Shown one piece after another: positions 24,021 to 35,750 of a stretch of DNA of 64,000 bases (positions within the stretch are counted from its first letter, which is position 1; each line of letters starts with the position of its first letter). Under the pieces are notes generated by a model. It was not told where the DNA came from. It did no database searches and saw nothing but the letters and a program-made list of their open reading frames with translations. Location: the NCBI GenBank assembly GCA_963710605.1, contig CAVQBA010000004.1, positions 960,001 through 1,024,000 of the forward strand, written 5' to 3'. A program made the position numbers and the translations under genes. Origin of the DNA: an uncultured cyanobacterium (GTDB lineage Bacteria > Cyanobacteriota > Cyanobacteriia > Cyanobacteriales > Cyanobacteriaceae).

Positions 24021-27000
24021 ATGTCTAATTTATGGTTGTTTTTATTATTAGTCTGTTTTGCTTCTCTCAGTTTTTATCTTTTTATTCGTAATAATAAATT
24101 ATTAGCCAAGCAACAGAAATTATTATATCAGCTGAATTTTACTAAACAAAATATTAGAACGCAACAAGATAGACTAGAATTATTCAGAGAAAAAATTAGC
24201 TATTCACAGAAATTAGAAGTAATCCAGAAAATAACTAATGAACATACTGATGTAGCACTTATTTACGAATTAGTAATTGATGTTTTAGTTGATTTTTTGA
24301 AGTTGGAAATGGTTTATATTATCGTTATTGATTCAGCAAAAAAAATAATTAAAATTAAAAATTTTAAAACCAAATTAAATGACTTAAAAGAGAATAAACT
24401 GCCACTAATTAATCAGCAATTAGACATTACCTTTAAAGATGATCAATTAAATTATCTTGTTGATGACGAGTTAGATATACTTCAGCAATTAATAGATATT
24501 CCCTCAGATAGTAACATCAATACAGGAATCAACTTTAGTATCTTTGAAGCAAACCAAAACACAAAACGAGAAATAATCGGTTTGTATGCTGAGTATGATG
24601 ATATTTGTAGCCCGAAAACGATCGATTTTATTAGTAAAGTTATTACTCAATTAGAAACTGTCAAACAAAAAAATCAGCAACAAGAAAAGTATTATCTTTT
24701 AGAAAGGGCAATTAACTCTAGTACAAATGGTATTGTAATTGTCTCTGTAGAAGACGATAATGGCATAATTTATGTTAACGAAGGTTTTGAAAAAATAACA
24801 GGTTATAAGTTACAAAATATAATTGGTCAAAACTGTCGATTCTTACACGGCGAAGATAGACAACAACCAGGAATAGATGAAATTAGACAAGCAATCATCA
24901 ATCAACAACCAACAACAGTAACTATCCGTAATTATCGCCAAAATGAAGAATTATTTTGGAATGAAATTTATTTTTCTCCTGTTTACAATCAGCAAGGGCA
25001 AGTAACTAATTTTATCGGGATTCAAACTGATGTAACACAAAAATATCAAACCGAAAAAAAATTAGAGAGAAAAACTAAAGAATTAGAAATTTCTAATCAA
25101 CAGTTAAATATAACTAACGAAATTAATTTAAATATAGACAGCGATCTAAATCAATTACTAAACTTATATTTAGAAAAAGTTAATTCGATTGTTGATATTG
25201 ATATTATCTTAATCTCTGAATCAGTAGCGAATAAACATCCGATCGTAGCATTATATGATTCTTTATCTCAATCAGAAGTTTATACTAACGAAAATAATTT
25301 AATTAGTTATTTTGCTGAGCAAGTATTAGTTAATAAAAATATTTATTTTTACAATCAAGCTAATCCAGACAATAGTAACATCGATAAGTCGTTGTTAGAA
25401 AATATCAGTTTTGGTTTTTATATCGGTGTACCTATTTATTTAGAGCAGAATATTTATGGTGTTTTGCACTTATTAAATCTATCTGAAGATGAATCTAAAT
25501 TTAATGAAAGTAAAAATCTGATTAAGGCAATTTCTCAAAGAATAAGTAGGATAATTAAAACTCAAGAAATAACGTTAGAAAAAGAACAAATTAATATCGC
25601 TTTACAAGAAAGTCAAGAAAGATTATCTACTACTATTTCCTCACTAGAAGATGTTGTTTGGTCAATTCATCCTGATACATTTCAATTAATTTATATTAAT
25701 CAAGCTGCTGAAAATTTATTTAATATTCCCTTAGCTAAATTATTTAAAACCAAATTATATTGGCTAGATTTAATTGATTCTCAGCAAAGAGCGGCAATTG
25801 AAGAGCAATACAGTAGCTTATTAAATATTTCTTTATTAAATAATCAGAATCATTATCATGACTTAGAATATCGTGTTTTGTTAGAAGATGGTAGCGAAAA
25901 ATACTTCAGAGATAGAGCTCATGTTATTTATGATGACGGAGGAAGCAAAATAAGTGTAAATGGTATTTTAACAGATATAACTAATACAGTAAAAGCACAA
26001 AAAGCCTTAACTAAAAGTGAACAAGAATTTAGACTAATGTTCGAGTTAGCACCGATTGGAATGATGATTACTAATAAAGAAGGTAAAATCATACAGGTTA
26101 ATAATTCTTTTTGCGAACTTTTAAAAACAACTCCTAATCAATTAATTAATATCAATGAAAAGTCTTTAATTCATCCTGATAGTATTCAAAGTTTTATCGA
26201 TTTTAAAATAAAAATTCTGACTGAATTACTTGAATATGATCAAGAAGAAATATGTTTACTAGCGAGTAATGGTTCGTTAGTTTATACGATATTCAATATT
26301 ACTGTTTTACGAGATGATAAAGGGGAAGTTAAGCAATTTATTCAGCAAATTATTGATGTTTCAGAATTAAAAATTATCAGAGAGGAAATGTTTTATGAGA
26401 CATTTTATGATAACTTAACCAGTTTACCTAATAGATTTCTTTTTATCGATCGAATTAAGCAATATTTAAAACTTCAAAACAAAAATAGTTGCTATGCCGT
26501 TTTATTAATAGATATAGATAATTTTAAAAAAATCAACGACAGTTGGGGACATCAAATTGGCGACGAATTACTAGTTTTAATCTCTGTAAAAATGGCTAAC
26601 TGTCTTGGTAGTAAAGATGTTTTAGCAAGAATTAGTGGTGATGAATTTGTCATTTTCTTACCTGATGTTGAGTCGATTACAGAAGTAGAAGATATTGTCC
26701 AAAAAATTATGGTTTCTTGTCGGATTAATACTACATTACAAGATAAAACAGTTATTTGTTCGGTAAGTATTGGTATTGCCTTTGGTAAAACTAAAACAGA
26801 TGAACCAGAAGAAATGATTAGAGATGCAGATTTAGCAATGTATTCGGCTAAGGAAAAGGGTAAAAATAATTATCAAATATTCGCTAATTCGATGCGTTTA
26901 GGATTAGTTAAAAAAATTAATCTAGAATCTTCGCTTTCTCAAGCCGTAGAAAAACAAGAATTAAAATTGTATTATCAACCTATTATCTGTCTGCAAACGG

Positions 27001-27683
27001 GAAAAATAGCAGGATTTGAAGCTCTAATTCGTTGGTTTAGCCCCATTCATGGCTTAGTTTCTCCTATAGAGTTTATTCCTCTTGCTGAAGAAACAGGATT
27101 AATTATTTCTTTAGGAGAATGGATTTTGTTATCAGCGACTCAGCAAATCAAACAATGGCAAAATAAATATCGTGATTTGAATTTATTTGTGGCGGTTAAT
27201 ATTTCTAGTAAACAGTTATTACATCCTGATTTCTTAATTTTAGTAGATCAAGTGTTGCGAAAGACTCAAATAAATTCTTCCTTACTAAAAATTGAAATAA
27301 CAGAGACTATATTGATGGAAAAATATGAATATGCTCGACAAGTACTCGAAAACCTTAAATCTCGTGGTTTAAAAATTAGCTTGGATGATTTTGGTACAGG
27401 TTATTCATCTTTAAGCTATCTTAATCGTTTACCGTTTGATAATTTGAAAATTGATCAGTCTTTTATCAAGTCTTTGATAACACCCCAACAGCCCACACCT
27501 ATTGTTGAGGCAATTGTCAATTTAGCAGATAGCCTTTGTTTGAGTGTAGTTGCCGAAGGAATTGAAACACAGGTACAAGAAAAAATACTCAAAAATATCA
27601 ATTGTCGATACGGGCAAGGATACTTGTATGCTAAACCCCTTAGTGTTTTAGAAGCTGAAGATTTTATTGACAAAAATAGCTAA
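24021..27683 (+). CDS. PAS/GAF-GGDEF-EAL protein
   Basis: N-terminal TM, PAS with GQNCRFLHG, SGDEF, FEALIRW, LDDFGTGYSS. Confidence 0.92.
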   Translation: MSNLWLFLLLVCFASLSFYLFIRNNKLLAKQQKLLYQLNFTKQNIRTQQDRLELFREKISYSQKLEVIQKITNEHTDVALIYELVIDVLVDFLKLEMVYIIVIDSAKKIIKIKNFKTKLNDLKENKLPLINQQLDITFKDDQLNYLVDDELDILQQLIDIPSDSNINTGINFSIFEANQNTKREIIGLYAEYDDICSPKTIDFISKVITQLETVKQKNQQQEKYYLLERAINSSTNGIVIVSVEDDNGIIYVNEGFEKITGYKLQNIIGQNCRFLHGEDRQQPGIDEIRQAIINQQPTTVTIRNYRQNEELFWNEIYFSPVYNQQGQVTNFIGIQTDVTQKYQTEKKLERKTKELEISNQQLNITNEINLNIDSDLNQLLNLYLEKVNSIVDIDIILISESVANKHPIVALYDSLSQSEVYTNENNLISYFAEQVLVNKNIYFYNQANPDNSNIDKSLLENISFGFYIGVPIYLEQNIYGVLHLLNLSEDESKFNESKNLIKAISQRISRIIKTQEITLEKEQINIALQESQERLSTTISSLEDVVWSIHPDTFQLIYINQAAENLFNIPLAKLFKTKLYWLDLIDSQQRAAIEEQYSSLLNISLLNNQNHYHDLEYRVLLEDGSEKYFRDRAHVIYDDGGSKISVNGILTDITNTVKAQKALTKSEQEFRLMFELAPIGMMITNKEGKIIQVNNSFCELLKTTPNQLININEKSLIHPDSIQSFIDFKIKILTELLEYDQEEICLLASNGSLVYTIFNITVLRDDKGEVKQFIQQIIDVSELKIIREEMFYETFYDNLTSLPNRFLFIDRIKQYLKLQNKNSCYAVLLIDIDNFKKINDSWGHQIGDELLVLISVKMANCLGSKDVLARISGDEFVIFLPDVESITEVEDIVQKIMVSCRINTTLQDKTVICSVSIGIAFGKTKTDEPEEMIRDADLAMYSAKEKGKNNYQIFANSMRLGLVKKINLESSLSQAVEKQELKLYYQPIICLQTGKIAGFEALIRWFSPIHGLVSPIEFIPLAEETGLIISLGEWILLSATQQIKQWQNKYRDLNLFVAVNISSKQLLHPDFLILVDQVLRKTQINSSLLKIEITETILMEKYEYARQVLENLKSRGLKISLDDFGTGYSSLSYLNRLPFDNLKIDQSFIKSLITPQQPTPIVEAIVNLADSLCLSVVAEGIETQVQEKILKNINCRYGQGYLYAKPLSVLEAEDFIDKNS

Positions 27684-27804
27684 TTTTAAAGTAAAAAAAT
27701 CAAATAAATATTATCTAGTCACGATCAAACTCAACCAATAAATAAAAATATCTCGTTTTTGTAAACATTGTTTTAATTAGTTGAGATAATCGTTGATTAA
27801 TTAT

Positions 27805-29842
27805 TTAATCCACAGTTTCATAATCTCCTGTGATAGTTAAATCCTGACTTTCATCAAAATCATCATCAAATTCATCTTCTAGTTCACTTAAACCAGTCAA
27901 AATTTCGTCTTCTATACTTTTGAAGTCGTCATCATCATTATTATCATCATCATCGATACTTTCAAAAAGTGTACCAATACCTTCTACTTCACTTTTAGAA
28001 TTATTAAAGTTATCTCCTGAAGTATTTTGATTTGACTCATAAGCTTTAGCACCCAAATTAACAATTAAATCACGGAAATCATTAACTAAATTTTCTACCT
28101 GCGATACAGAAATAGACGGGCTATTAATTGCTTCTTCGATCGCTTTATAGTCAGACTGAATTTGAGTTTTAAGATTTTCATTGACCAAATCAGGACTTTT
28201 TTCTAACATCAAACGATAGCTATACATCAAACTATCTACTTGTTTTTTAATTTCGACTAATTCAATTCGACGGCGATCTTGATTAGCAAATTTTTCAGCT
28301 TGCGATCGCATCTGTTCAATCTCAGCCGAACTTAATGCACCTGTATTCGTAATTAAGATACTGTTTTCTTGCCCAGTGCCTTTATCTGTTGCCGAAACTT
28401 TAAGAATACCATCAACATCAATATCAAAAGATACTTCAATCTGAGGTAATCCTCTTGGGGCTGGCGGAATACCTGTGAGTAAAAATTTACCTAAACTTTT
28501 GTTATCCTTCGCCATTGGGCGTTCACCCTGTAACACGTGTACTTCTACAGAATTTTGTCCATCTACGGCGGTAGAAAATACTTGAGTCCGACTTGTCGGG
28601 ATTGTTGTATTACGTTCGATTATCTTAGTAAAGACTTCTCCTAATGTCTCTAAACCTAAAGATAAAGGAGTGACATCTAATAAAAGTAAATCACGAACTT
28701 CTCCCCCTAAAACACCTCCTTGCACTGCCGCACCTAATGCCACTGCTTCATCAGGATTAATCGATTGAATCGATTACCATTTCTTTGCCAAAATGAGATT
28801 GGATTTTATTAGCAATTGCAGGAGTACGTGTTGAGCCACCAACTAAAACAATTCGATTAATTTCGTCTTTACTTAATCCCGAATCATTAATTGCTTGCTC
28901 CATCGGTGAAATAATTTGTTCAACTAAAGGAGAGATTAAATCCTCTAATTGAGAACGAGATAATTCTAATTCCAAATGTAATGGGCCATTATCATCAGCA
29001 GTAATAAAAGGTAAATTGATTGAAGTTTGGTTGAGATTAGATAACTCAATTTTTGCTTTTTCAGCGGCTTCTCGTAATCTTTGTAAAGCCATTTTATCGT
29101 TTCTTAGATCAATACCTTCTTGCTGATCAAATGTATCAATTAACCATCGAACAATAACCGCATCAAAATCATCTCCACCTAACTGATTATTTCCTGAAGT
29201 TGAAACTACTTCAAAAATACCATTCCCCAATTGCAAAATAGAAACATCAAAAGTTCCGCCACCCAAATCAAAAACCAAAACGAATTGTTCTTGATCTTGT
29301 TTGTCTAAGCCATAGGCTAAAGCCGCCGCTGTCGGTTCGTTAATAATTCGCATTACCTCCAAACCAGCAATTACGCCTGCATCTTTAGTCGCTTGTCTTT
29401 GAGCATCCGTAAAATAAGCAGGAACTGTAATAACGGCTTTAGAAACGTCTTCTCCTAAAAATGTCTCCGCATCAGTTTTAAGCTTTTGTAAAACCATCGC
29501 CGAGATTTCTTGAGGAGTAAATTCTTCATTCTGAACATTAATATTGACTGTATTGTCTTTTCCTGTAACACAATTGTAAGTTACACGATCTCGATCTTCT
29601 TCGGTTTCTTGCCAGCGACGACCAATAAAACGTTTGATACTATAAACAGTGTTTTGAGCATTAGTGACACCTTGTCTTTTAGCTAACTGCCCAACCAAAC
29701 GCTGATCATTTTTACCAAAACCAACAATACTTGGTGTAGTACGAGAACCTTCTTGATTCGTGATTACAAGAGGCTTACCTCCTTCTAATACAGCTACACA
29801 ACTGTTTGTCGTTCCTAAGTCGATTCCGATTACCTTTCCCAT
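27805..29842 (-). CDS. dnaK: Chaperone DnaK (grpE-linked paralogue), one frameshift
   Basis: [28 protein letters not shown]; removing one base at ~28768 restores [12 protein letters not shown]. Confidence 0.93.
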
Positions 29843-29988
29843 GATTTATGATGATGGCGGAGTATTTTGATTTTAAAGTAAAAATTTTAATTAATTAGTT
29901 TAGGCTATCGCAATTATAGTCAAGAAGCAATAAGCATACTAGTTAGTTTTTCATTGTTTGTCCAACTAACTTATGGTTATTTTGACGA

Positions 29989-30762
29989 TTAACTAACAGT
30001 TTCTTCTTCTGCTTCAGTTGCTACTTTAACCATTGCATGACGTAATACTTGATCTTGAAGTAAGTAACCTCTAACTAATTCTTCAATTACTGTACCCTCA
30101 GGATACTCATTAGTTGGCTCTCTTAACATTGCTTCATGATAGTTAGGATCAAATATTTCTCCTTCAGGACGCATTGCTGATACACCTACTTTCTTTAAAC
30201 AATCAACAAAGGTTTTGTAAACTCCTTGATAGCTTTTATGAATAGCCTTCTCACCATCATTTGAGGGTTTAATTTGACTTCTAGCTCTTTCAAAATTATC
30301 AACAACTGATAACAATTCGGTCAAAGTTCTTTTTTTGATTTGTTGTTCTAATTCTTCTTTTTCTTTAGCTGTACGACGACGGAAATTTTCAAAATCGGCG
30401 TTTAGTCTTGTGTGTTGATTGTGAGTGTTTTGTGCTTCTAAGGTTTGAGCTTCTAATTGATTCTGAAGACTCGTAATTTGAGCTTCTAAATTAGCAATGG
30501 TTGTTTGTGTGTCTTCTTCTGTAACTATTTGTTCTGGTGTATCATCACTTATTGATTGTTGTTCTTCTACTACTAATACTTCCTGAGTATCTGGTTGAGC
30601 AGAAACTGTTTCTTCTGTTATTGGGTTATTTAACTGATTATCAATAATATTCACTTCGACGTTTTGTGTCGATAAATCATTTTCTAACACGGTAGCTTTT
30701 TCTTCTGGGATAGGCTCTAAATTATCGAGGGTATTATCTGTATATTTTTCTGTTTCACTCAT
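29989..30762 (-). CDS. grpE: Nucleotide exchange factor GrpE
   Basis: [34 protein letters not shown]. Confidence 0.96.
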   Translation of the reverse strand: MSETEKYTDNTLDNLEPIPEEKATVLENDLSTQNVEVNIIDNQLNNPITEETVSAQPDTQEVLVVEEQQSISDDTPEQIVTEEDTQTTIANLEAQITSLQNQLEAQTLEAQNTHNQHTRLNADFENFRRRTAKEKEELEQQIKKRTLTELLSVVDNFERARSQIKPSNDGEKAIHKSYQGVYKTFVDCLKKVGVSAMRPEGEIFDPNYHEAMLREPTNEYPEGTVIEELVRGYLLQDQVLRHAMVKVATEAEEETVS

Positions 30763-31190
30763 AATAATGATGACAATTAATTTTTTAGCTTAGTTTGAAC
30801 AACTTAAATAGTTTTTGAATAAACTTTGATTATTTTCTAGATTAACAAAATCTCGATCGAATCAGGATTTGTTTACCGAACAATAATTCTTGCTTAGATA
30901 AAAATCTCTATGACATTATACAAGTTCACCAACAAAGTTTTTATCTACCAAAATGAACGTTTATGCTCATTTTTGTTTTTTGGTAAATTAACACCACTTC
31001 ATTTTAATTTATTCAGTACCCAAATTTAAGTAAATATTAATCAGTGCGACAACAATTAAATCTTGATATTTTCAGTCTCCGATTTTGATTAAGCTGATTT
31101 TTAAGTTCTACCTCCAAATAATATAATAATAAAGAGTTAAAATTTTAAAGTTGATCCTGCTCTACAAGTTTATGTCACTCAACATTTTTC

Positions 31191-32378
31191 ATGAAAATAA
31201 ATAAAAATAATTGTTTGCTCGACAAAATCATCACTAAAATTCAAACATCATCATCAGAAAAAATAACTTTTGCTGAATATATGGATTTATGTCTTTATGA
31301 TCAACAATATGGTTATTACAACTTACCTAATTTAGAAATTGGTACTAAGGGAGATTTTTTTACTTCCACTACTATTTCCGCTGATTTTGCTCAATTATTA
31401 GCTATTCAACTAAAACAGTTTTGGGAGGTGTTAGGTAAACCAAAACCTTTTTATTTAATTGAAATGGGTGCAGGTAATGGTAATCTTGCTTTTGATATTC
31501 TTCAATTTTTAGTTGAGATATCTCCTGAATTTGTTTCTAATTTAAAATACATAATTATTGAAAAATCGCTGAGTTTAAGACAAAAGCAACAAGAGTATTT
31601 ACAAGAAAAATTACAGTTAGAAAAATTTGATCTTAGTTGGTGTAGTTTAGATGATTTGTCCTCAGAGTCGATCGTTGGTTGTTTTTTTAGTAATGAATTA
31701 ATTGATGCTATGCCTGTACATTTAATTACATGGCAAAACCAAAAGATAAAAGAAATTTACCTAACTTATCAAGACGGTAAAATCCAAGAACAAGTAGGCG
31801 ATTTATCTACTTCTAATCTGCTTGATTATCTATCTTTAACTGAAATTACATTTTCCGATATTTATCCCCAAGATTATCGTACCGAAATTAATCTACAAGC
31901 TTTAGATTGGCTTAAAACAGTCGCCAATAAACTAAAACAGGGCTATATACTAACGATCGACTACGGATATATTGCGAACAAATATTATCATCCTCAACGT
32001 AATCAAGGTACATTAACTTGTTATTTTAAACACCGATATCACGACAACTTTTATGTCAATATAGGTAATCAAGATTTAAGTGCCCATGTTAATTTTACAG
32101 CTTTACAAAACTATGGAAAATCCCTGAATTTATTAAATGTTGGCTATATTCAACAAGCATTGTTTTTGATGAATTTAGGATTAGGCGATCGTCTTAACCA
32201 ATTATCCCATAATGATATACCCCTGACAGAAATTTTATTTAAGCGAAATCAATTACATAGTTTAATTAATCCGCAAGGATTGGGTAACTTTAAAATATTA
32301 TTACAAAGTAAAAATATTGATTATCAACCACAATCGCCGATTTTACAAGGATTTAAAAACAATACTGATTACATTTAA
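31191..32378 (+). CDS. SAM-dependent methyltransferase (MidA/NDUFAF7 family)
   Basis: ITFAEYMDLCLY, GDFFTS, EMGAGNG, SNELIDAMP, IDYG, QDLSAHVNF. Confidence 0.9.
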   Translation: MKINKNNCLLDKIITKIQTSSSEKITFAEYMDLCLYDQQYGYYNLPNLEIGTKGDFFTSTTISADFAQLLAIQLKQFWEVLGKPKPFYLIEMGAGNGNLAFDILQFLVEISPEFVSNLKYIIIEKSLSLRQKQQEYLQEKLQLEKFDLSWCSLDDLSSESIVGCFFSNELIDAMPVHLITWQNQKIKEIYLTYQDGKIQEQVGDLSTSNLLDYLSLTEITFSDIYPQDYRTEINLQALDWLKTVANKLKQGYILTIDYGYIANKYYHPQRNQGTLTCYFKHRYHDNFYVNIGNQDLSAHVNFTALQNYGKSLNLLNVGYIQQALFLMNLGLGDRLNQLSHNDIPLTEILFKRNQLHSLINPQGLGNFKILLQSKNIDYQPQSPILQGFKNNTDYI

Positions 32379-32528
32379 TTTAGACAAGTCGGTCAAATTT
32401 AACAAGTTAAATAATTTATGTGTATAGTAGATCTTATTTTTCCTCGTAAACTTATAAAAAGTGTGAGTAATTATTGATGATCAATATCTTTTTTATTAAT
32501 AAAAATTTAAGTATTGAGGCAAATATTA

Positions 32529-35045
32529 ATGAGCGATAAGAAAAATATTAGTCATTGTTTACAAATTAAATATAACAATATTAATCAGCAAGTAATTCTC
32601 ACTAATGATATTTATTCTATCGGTCGTCATTCGAGTAATAAAATTGTGATCAACAGTGAAATTATTTCTCGTTTTCATTGCACTATTTTACCGGTTAAAT
32701 ATCAAGGTCAAAATAATCAAAATCTTTTCTGGATTATTGACGGAGATTTACAAGGGAATAGAAGCTCTAATGGTATATTTGTCAATAATGACAAATGCTT
32801 ATCTCATGAGTTAAAAACAGGGGATGTGATTAAATTTGGGTCTGGTACTGTCGAAATTTCTTACCAAGAAGTTGTTAACGATTTTAATATTGAACAAAAT
32901 GAAATTATTTCCTCCGATATCAATATAAATCAAAATGGCTATTTAATTCAAAACGATCTTGATTTGATAGCCGATAATATTTTAGAAACAGGTCTAAAAA
33001 CAACTTTAATCGAAAGTAATAAAGAAGAAGAAGACATTTTTATTCAAGAACTATTATTTTTGCTGAAACACCAGAAACAACAAGATCAAATTCCGGCAAT
33101 TAAAGTAGATTTGTCAGGGGTAGTTATAGATAAAAATAAGCAATTTTCCCACATATTTTCTAATCTAGGAACTAATTTATTTGTTGATCAATTAATAGAA
33201 AAGTTCGATAAGAGTACTAAAGATTTTTTAGTTAGAGAAGTCAGTATCGAAGAGATTAAATATACTCAATACGCTCATTTATACAAAGAAAGTGGATATA
33301 TAGAAAGTTATATTTTTTCTCTGGAAGAGAGAATGGAAGTAGAACAAAAATTAAGAGAAAGCGAAGAAAAATATCGAGCAATTGTTAGACAAATTTCAGA
33401 AGGAATTATTTTAGTAGATCCAACTAGTCGAAAAATTATTGAAGCCAATAATGCTTATTGTAGTTTAGTCGGATACTCTAGTCCTGAAATTACTTCTTTA
33501 CGTATTCATGACCTCATCGCCACCGATCCTGAAATTAATGATAGTATTATTTACAAGGTAAAAGCACAAGGACTAAATATCACTCAAGAGTCGATCCATA
33601 TTCATCGTGACCACTCACTGATTCATGTAGAAGTCAATATCAGTAATGTTTTTTACGGTGCTAAAGAGTTTATTTGTTATGCAGTCAGAGATATAACCGA
33701 AAGAAAAGTAGCTGAAGATATGCTACGTTATCAAGCGTGTCATGATTCTCTAACAAAGTTGGCTAATCGAAGTTTTTTTAATGAGAAATTAACCTTTGTT
33801 ATTAATAGTATCAATAAAAGTCAAGCTAAATTAGCTGTTATTTTCATCGATTTAGACCGTTTTAAAAACATTAATGATACTTTAGGGCATAATATCGGTG
33901 ATTTGTTTTTACAACAAGTAGCTTCAAAAATAAAAAGTTGTTTAGAAGAAAAAGATTTACTTGCTCGTTGGGGAGGAGATGAATTTACGGTTTTATTACC
34001 TCAAGTGAACGATCGAACAGACGTTGATTTAGTTGCTCATCGTATTTTAGATATATTTAAACAACCGCTAAAAATCTTAGATTATCAACTTTATTGCCAT
34101 TTGAGTATGGGTATCGCAATTTATCCCGATGATGGTATTAAAGCAGAAGTATTGGTTAAAAATGCGGATACGGCTTTATATCAAAGTAAAGATCAAGGAG
34201 GTAACTATTATAGATACTATACTTCTTCGATGAACGAAAAACGCCAAGAATTATTAGAACTAGAAAGCTATCTTTACGACGCAATCAAATATAATCAGTT
34301 TCAATTATATTACCAACCCCAAATTAACTTTCAAACAAAGAAAATTGTAGGAATGGAAGCACTAATTCGTTGGCAACACCCACAATTAGGAACAGTTTCT
34401 CCGAATCAATTTATACCTTTAGCTGAACAAACAGGATTTATTAATGCGATTGGTAAATGGGCATTACATACAGCTTGTACTCAAAACAAACGATGGCAAG
34501 ATTTAGGATTACCTCATTTTAAAGTATCGGTTAATTTATCTCCTCGTCAGTGCCAACCAGAATTACCATCATTACTAACTCAAGTATTACAACAAACTAA
34601 ATTAGCACCTCAGTATTTAGAATTAGAAATTACGGAAAATAGTATTATGATACACCCAGAGTTAACTAAAAATATTTTAGAACAGTTAACGAGAATAGGT
34701 GTTTCTGTGTCTATGGATGACTTTGGTACAGGTTATTCATCTCTTGGTTATCTCAAAAAATTTCCTTTTCACACCATTAAAATCGACCAATCATTTGTTC
34801 AAGAATTGAAAAGTGAGCCTCAAGATTTGGCGATTATTTCGGCGGTGGTTACTTTAGGTAAAGGTTTCAATTTACAAGTAATAGCAGAAGGAGTAGAAAC
34901 TTTAGAACAATTAAAACTGTTAACTGATTTGAAATGTGATATTGTTCAGGGTTATTTATTTAGTCGCCCCCTTCCTGTTGATGAAGCAACTAATTTTATC
35001 AATTCTTTTACTAAAAATGGTCTTGAGTGTTTTTTAATGGTTTAA
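32529..35045 (+). CDS. FHA-PAS-GGDEF-EAL protein
   Basis: FHA (IGRH, SRFH, SSNG), PAS, GGDEF, MEALIRW, DDFGTGYSS. Confidence 0.92.
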   Translation: MSDKKNISHCLQIKYNNINQQVILTNDIYSIGRHSSNKIVINSEIISRFHCTILPVKYQGQNNQNLFWIIDGDLQGNRSSNGIFVNNDKCLSHELKTGDVIKFGSGTVEISYQEVVNDFNIEQNEIISSDININQNGYLIQNDLDLIADNILETGLKTTLIESNKEEEDIFIQELLFLLKHQKQQDQIPAIKVDLSGVVIDKNKQFSHIFSNLGTNLFVDQLIEKFDKSTKDFLVREVSIEEIKYTQYAHLYKESGYIESYIFSLEERMEVEQKLRESEEKYRAIVRQISEGIILVDPTSRKIIEANNAYCSLVGYSSPEITSLRIHDLIATDPEINDSIIYKVKAQGLNITQESIHIHRDHSLIHVEVNISNVFYGAKEFICYAVRDITERKVAEDMLRYQACHDSLTKLANRSFFNEKLTFVINSINKSQAKLAVIFIDLDRFKNINDTLGHNIGDLFLQQVASKIKSCLEEKDLLARWGGDEFTVLLPQVNDRTDVDLVAHRILDIFKQPLKILDYQLYCHLSMGIAIYPDDGIKAEVLVKNADTALYQSKDQGGNYYRYYTSSMNEKRQELLELESYLYDAIKYNQFQLYYQPQINFQTKKIVGMEALIRWQHPQLGTVSPNQFIPLAEQTGFINAIGKWALHTACTQNKRWQDLGLPHFKVSVNLSPRQCQPELPSLLTQVLQQTKLAPQYLELEITENSIMIHPELTKNILEQLTRIGVSVSMDDFGTGYSSLGYLKKFPFHTIKIDQSFVQELKSEPQDLAIISAVVTLGKGFNLQVIAEGVETLEQLKLLTDLKCDIVQGYLFSRPLPVDEATNFINSFTKNGLECFLMV

Positions 35046-35071
35046 CAAAGATGCTTTTTTTTGTCTAGGTA

Positions 35072-35685
35072 ATGAAACGATCGTTTTATAAACCAGTTAC
35101 TCAAAAACGAGGTGATTTTATTACTAGTAAGTTTGATCAGTTTAAACGTAATATAATACCTTATTGTGCTGTAGTAGAAGCATTTAAAACACTAGTTAGT
35201 TCTAATCTTTGTTTTCAATACGGAGTCGTTTGTGAATCAGCTATGTCTTACAGTTATTACGCCACAATTTTAATCGCTACGGCGGGTGATTATCAATCCG
35301 CCTATGAATTGGGTTTGGTGGCAACGATTTATACGGACATCAAGCAGGAGATGAATGTTTAATCAAAATAGCTCAAACAATGAAAAAAGTTATCAAACGC
35401 TCTGGTGATTTACCTGCTCGTTATGGTGGCGAAGAATTTGCGATTGTTGTCTCTAAGGTTGATATTCAAGGTGCAATTACAATTGCTAACCGACTTTTAG
35501 AGGAAATACGATCGTTACAAATTCCTCATCTCGACTCACAAGTTGCCTCTTTTGTCACCGTTAGTATTGATATTAGCAGTCAAATACCTGAGATAAAAAC
35601 AAATTTTGAAACCCTTATTGCCAATGCCGATAAAGCTTTGTATCAAGCCAAAAAAGAAGGTAGAAATCGATACAGCATCTATTAA
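35072..35685 (+). pseudogene. Remnant of a multidomain diguanylate cyclase (two fragments)
   Basis: 35380-35685 is only the C-terminal half of a GGDEF domain (ARYGGEEF, ADKALYQAKKEGRNR); 35072-35362 resembles an internal helical segment of large kinase/ATPase sensor proteins. Confidence 0.6.
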
Positions 35686-35750
35686 CTTAATTAAAATGAG
35701 TAACGATTTTTTATCCTTTAAAGTTATTACCGACAATATTTTGATCACAA

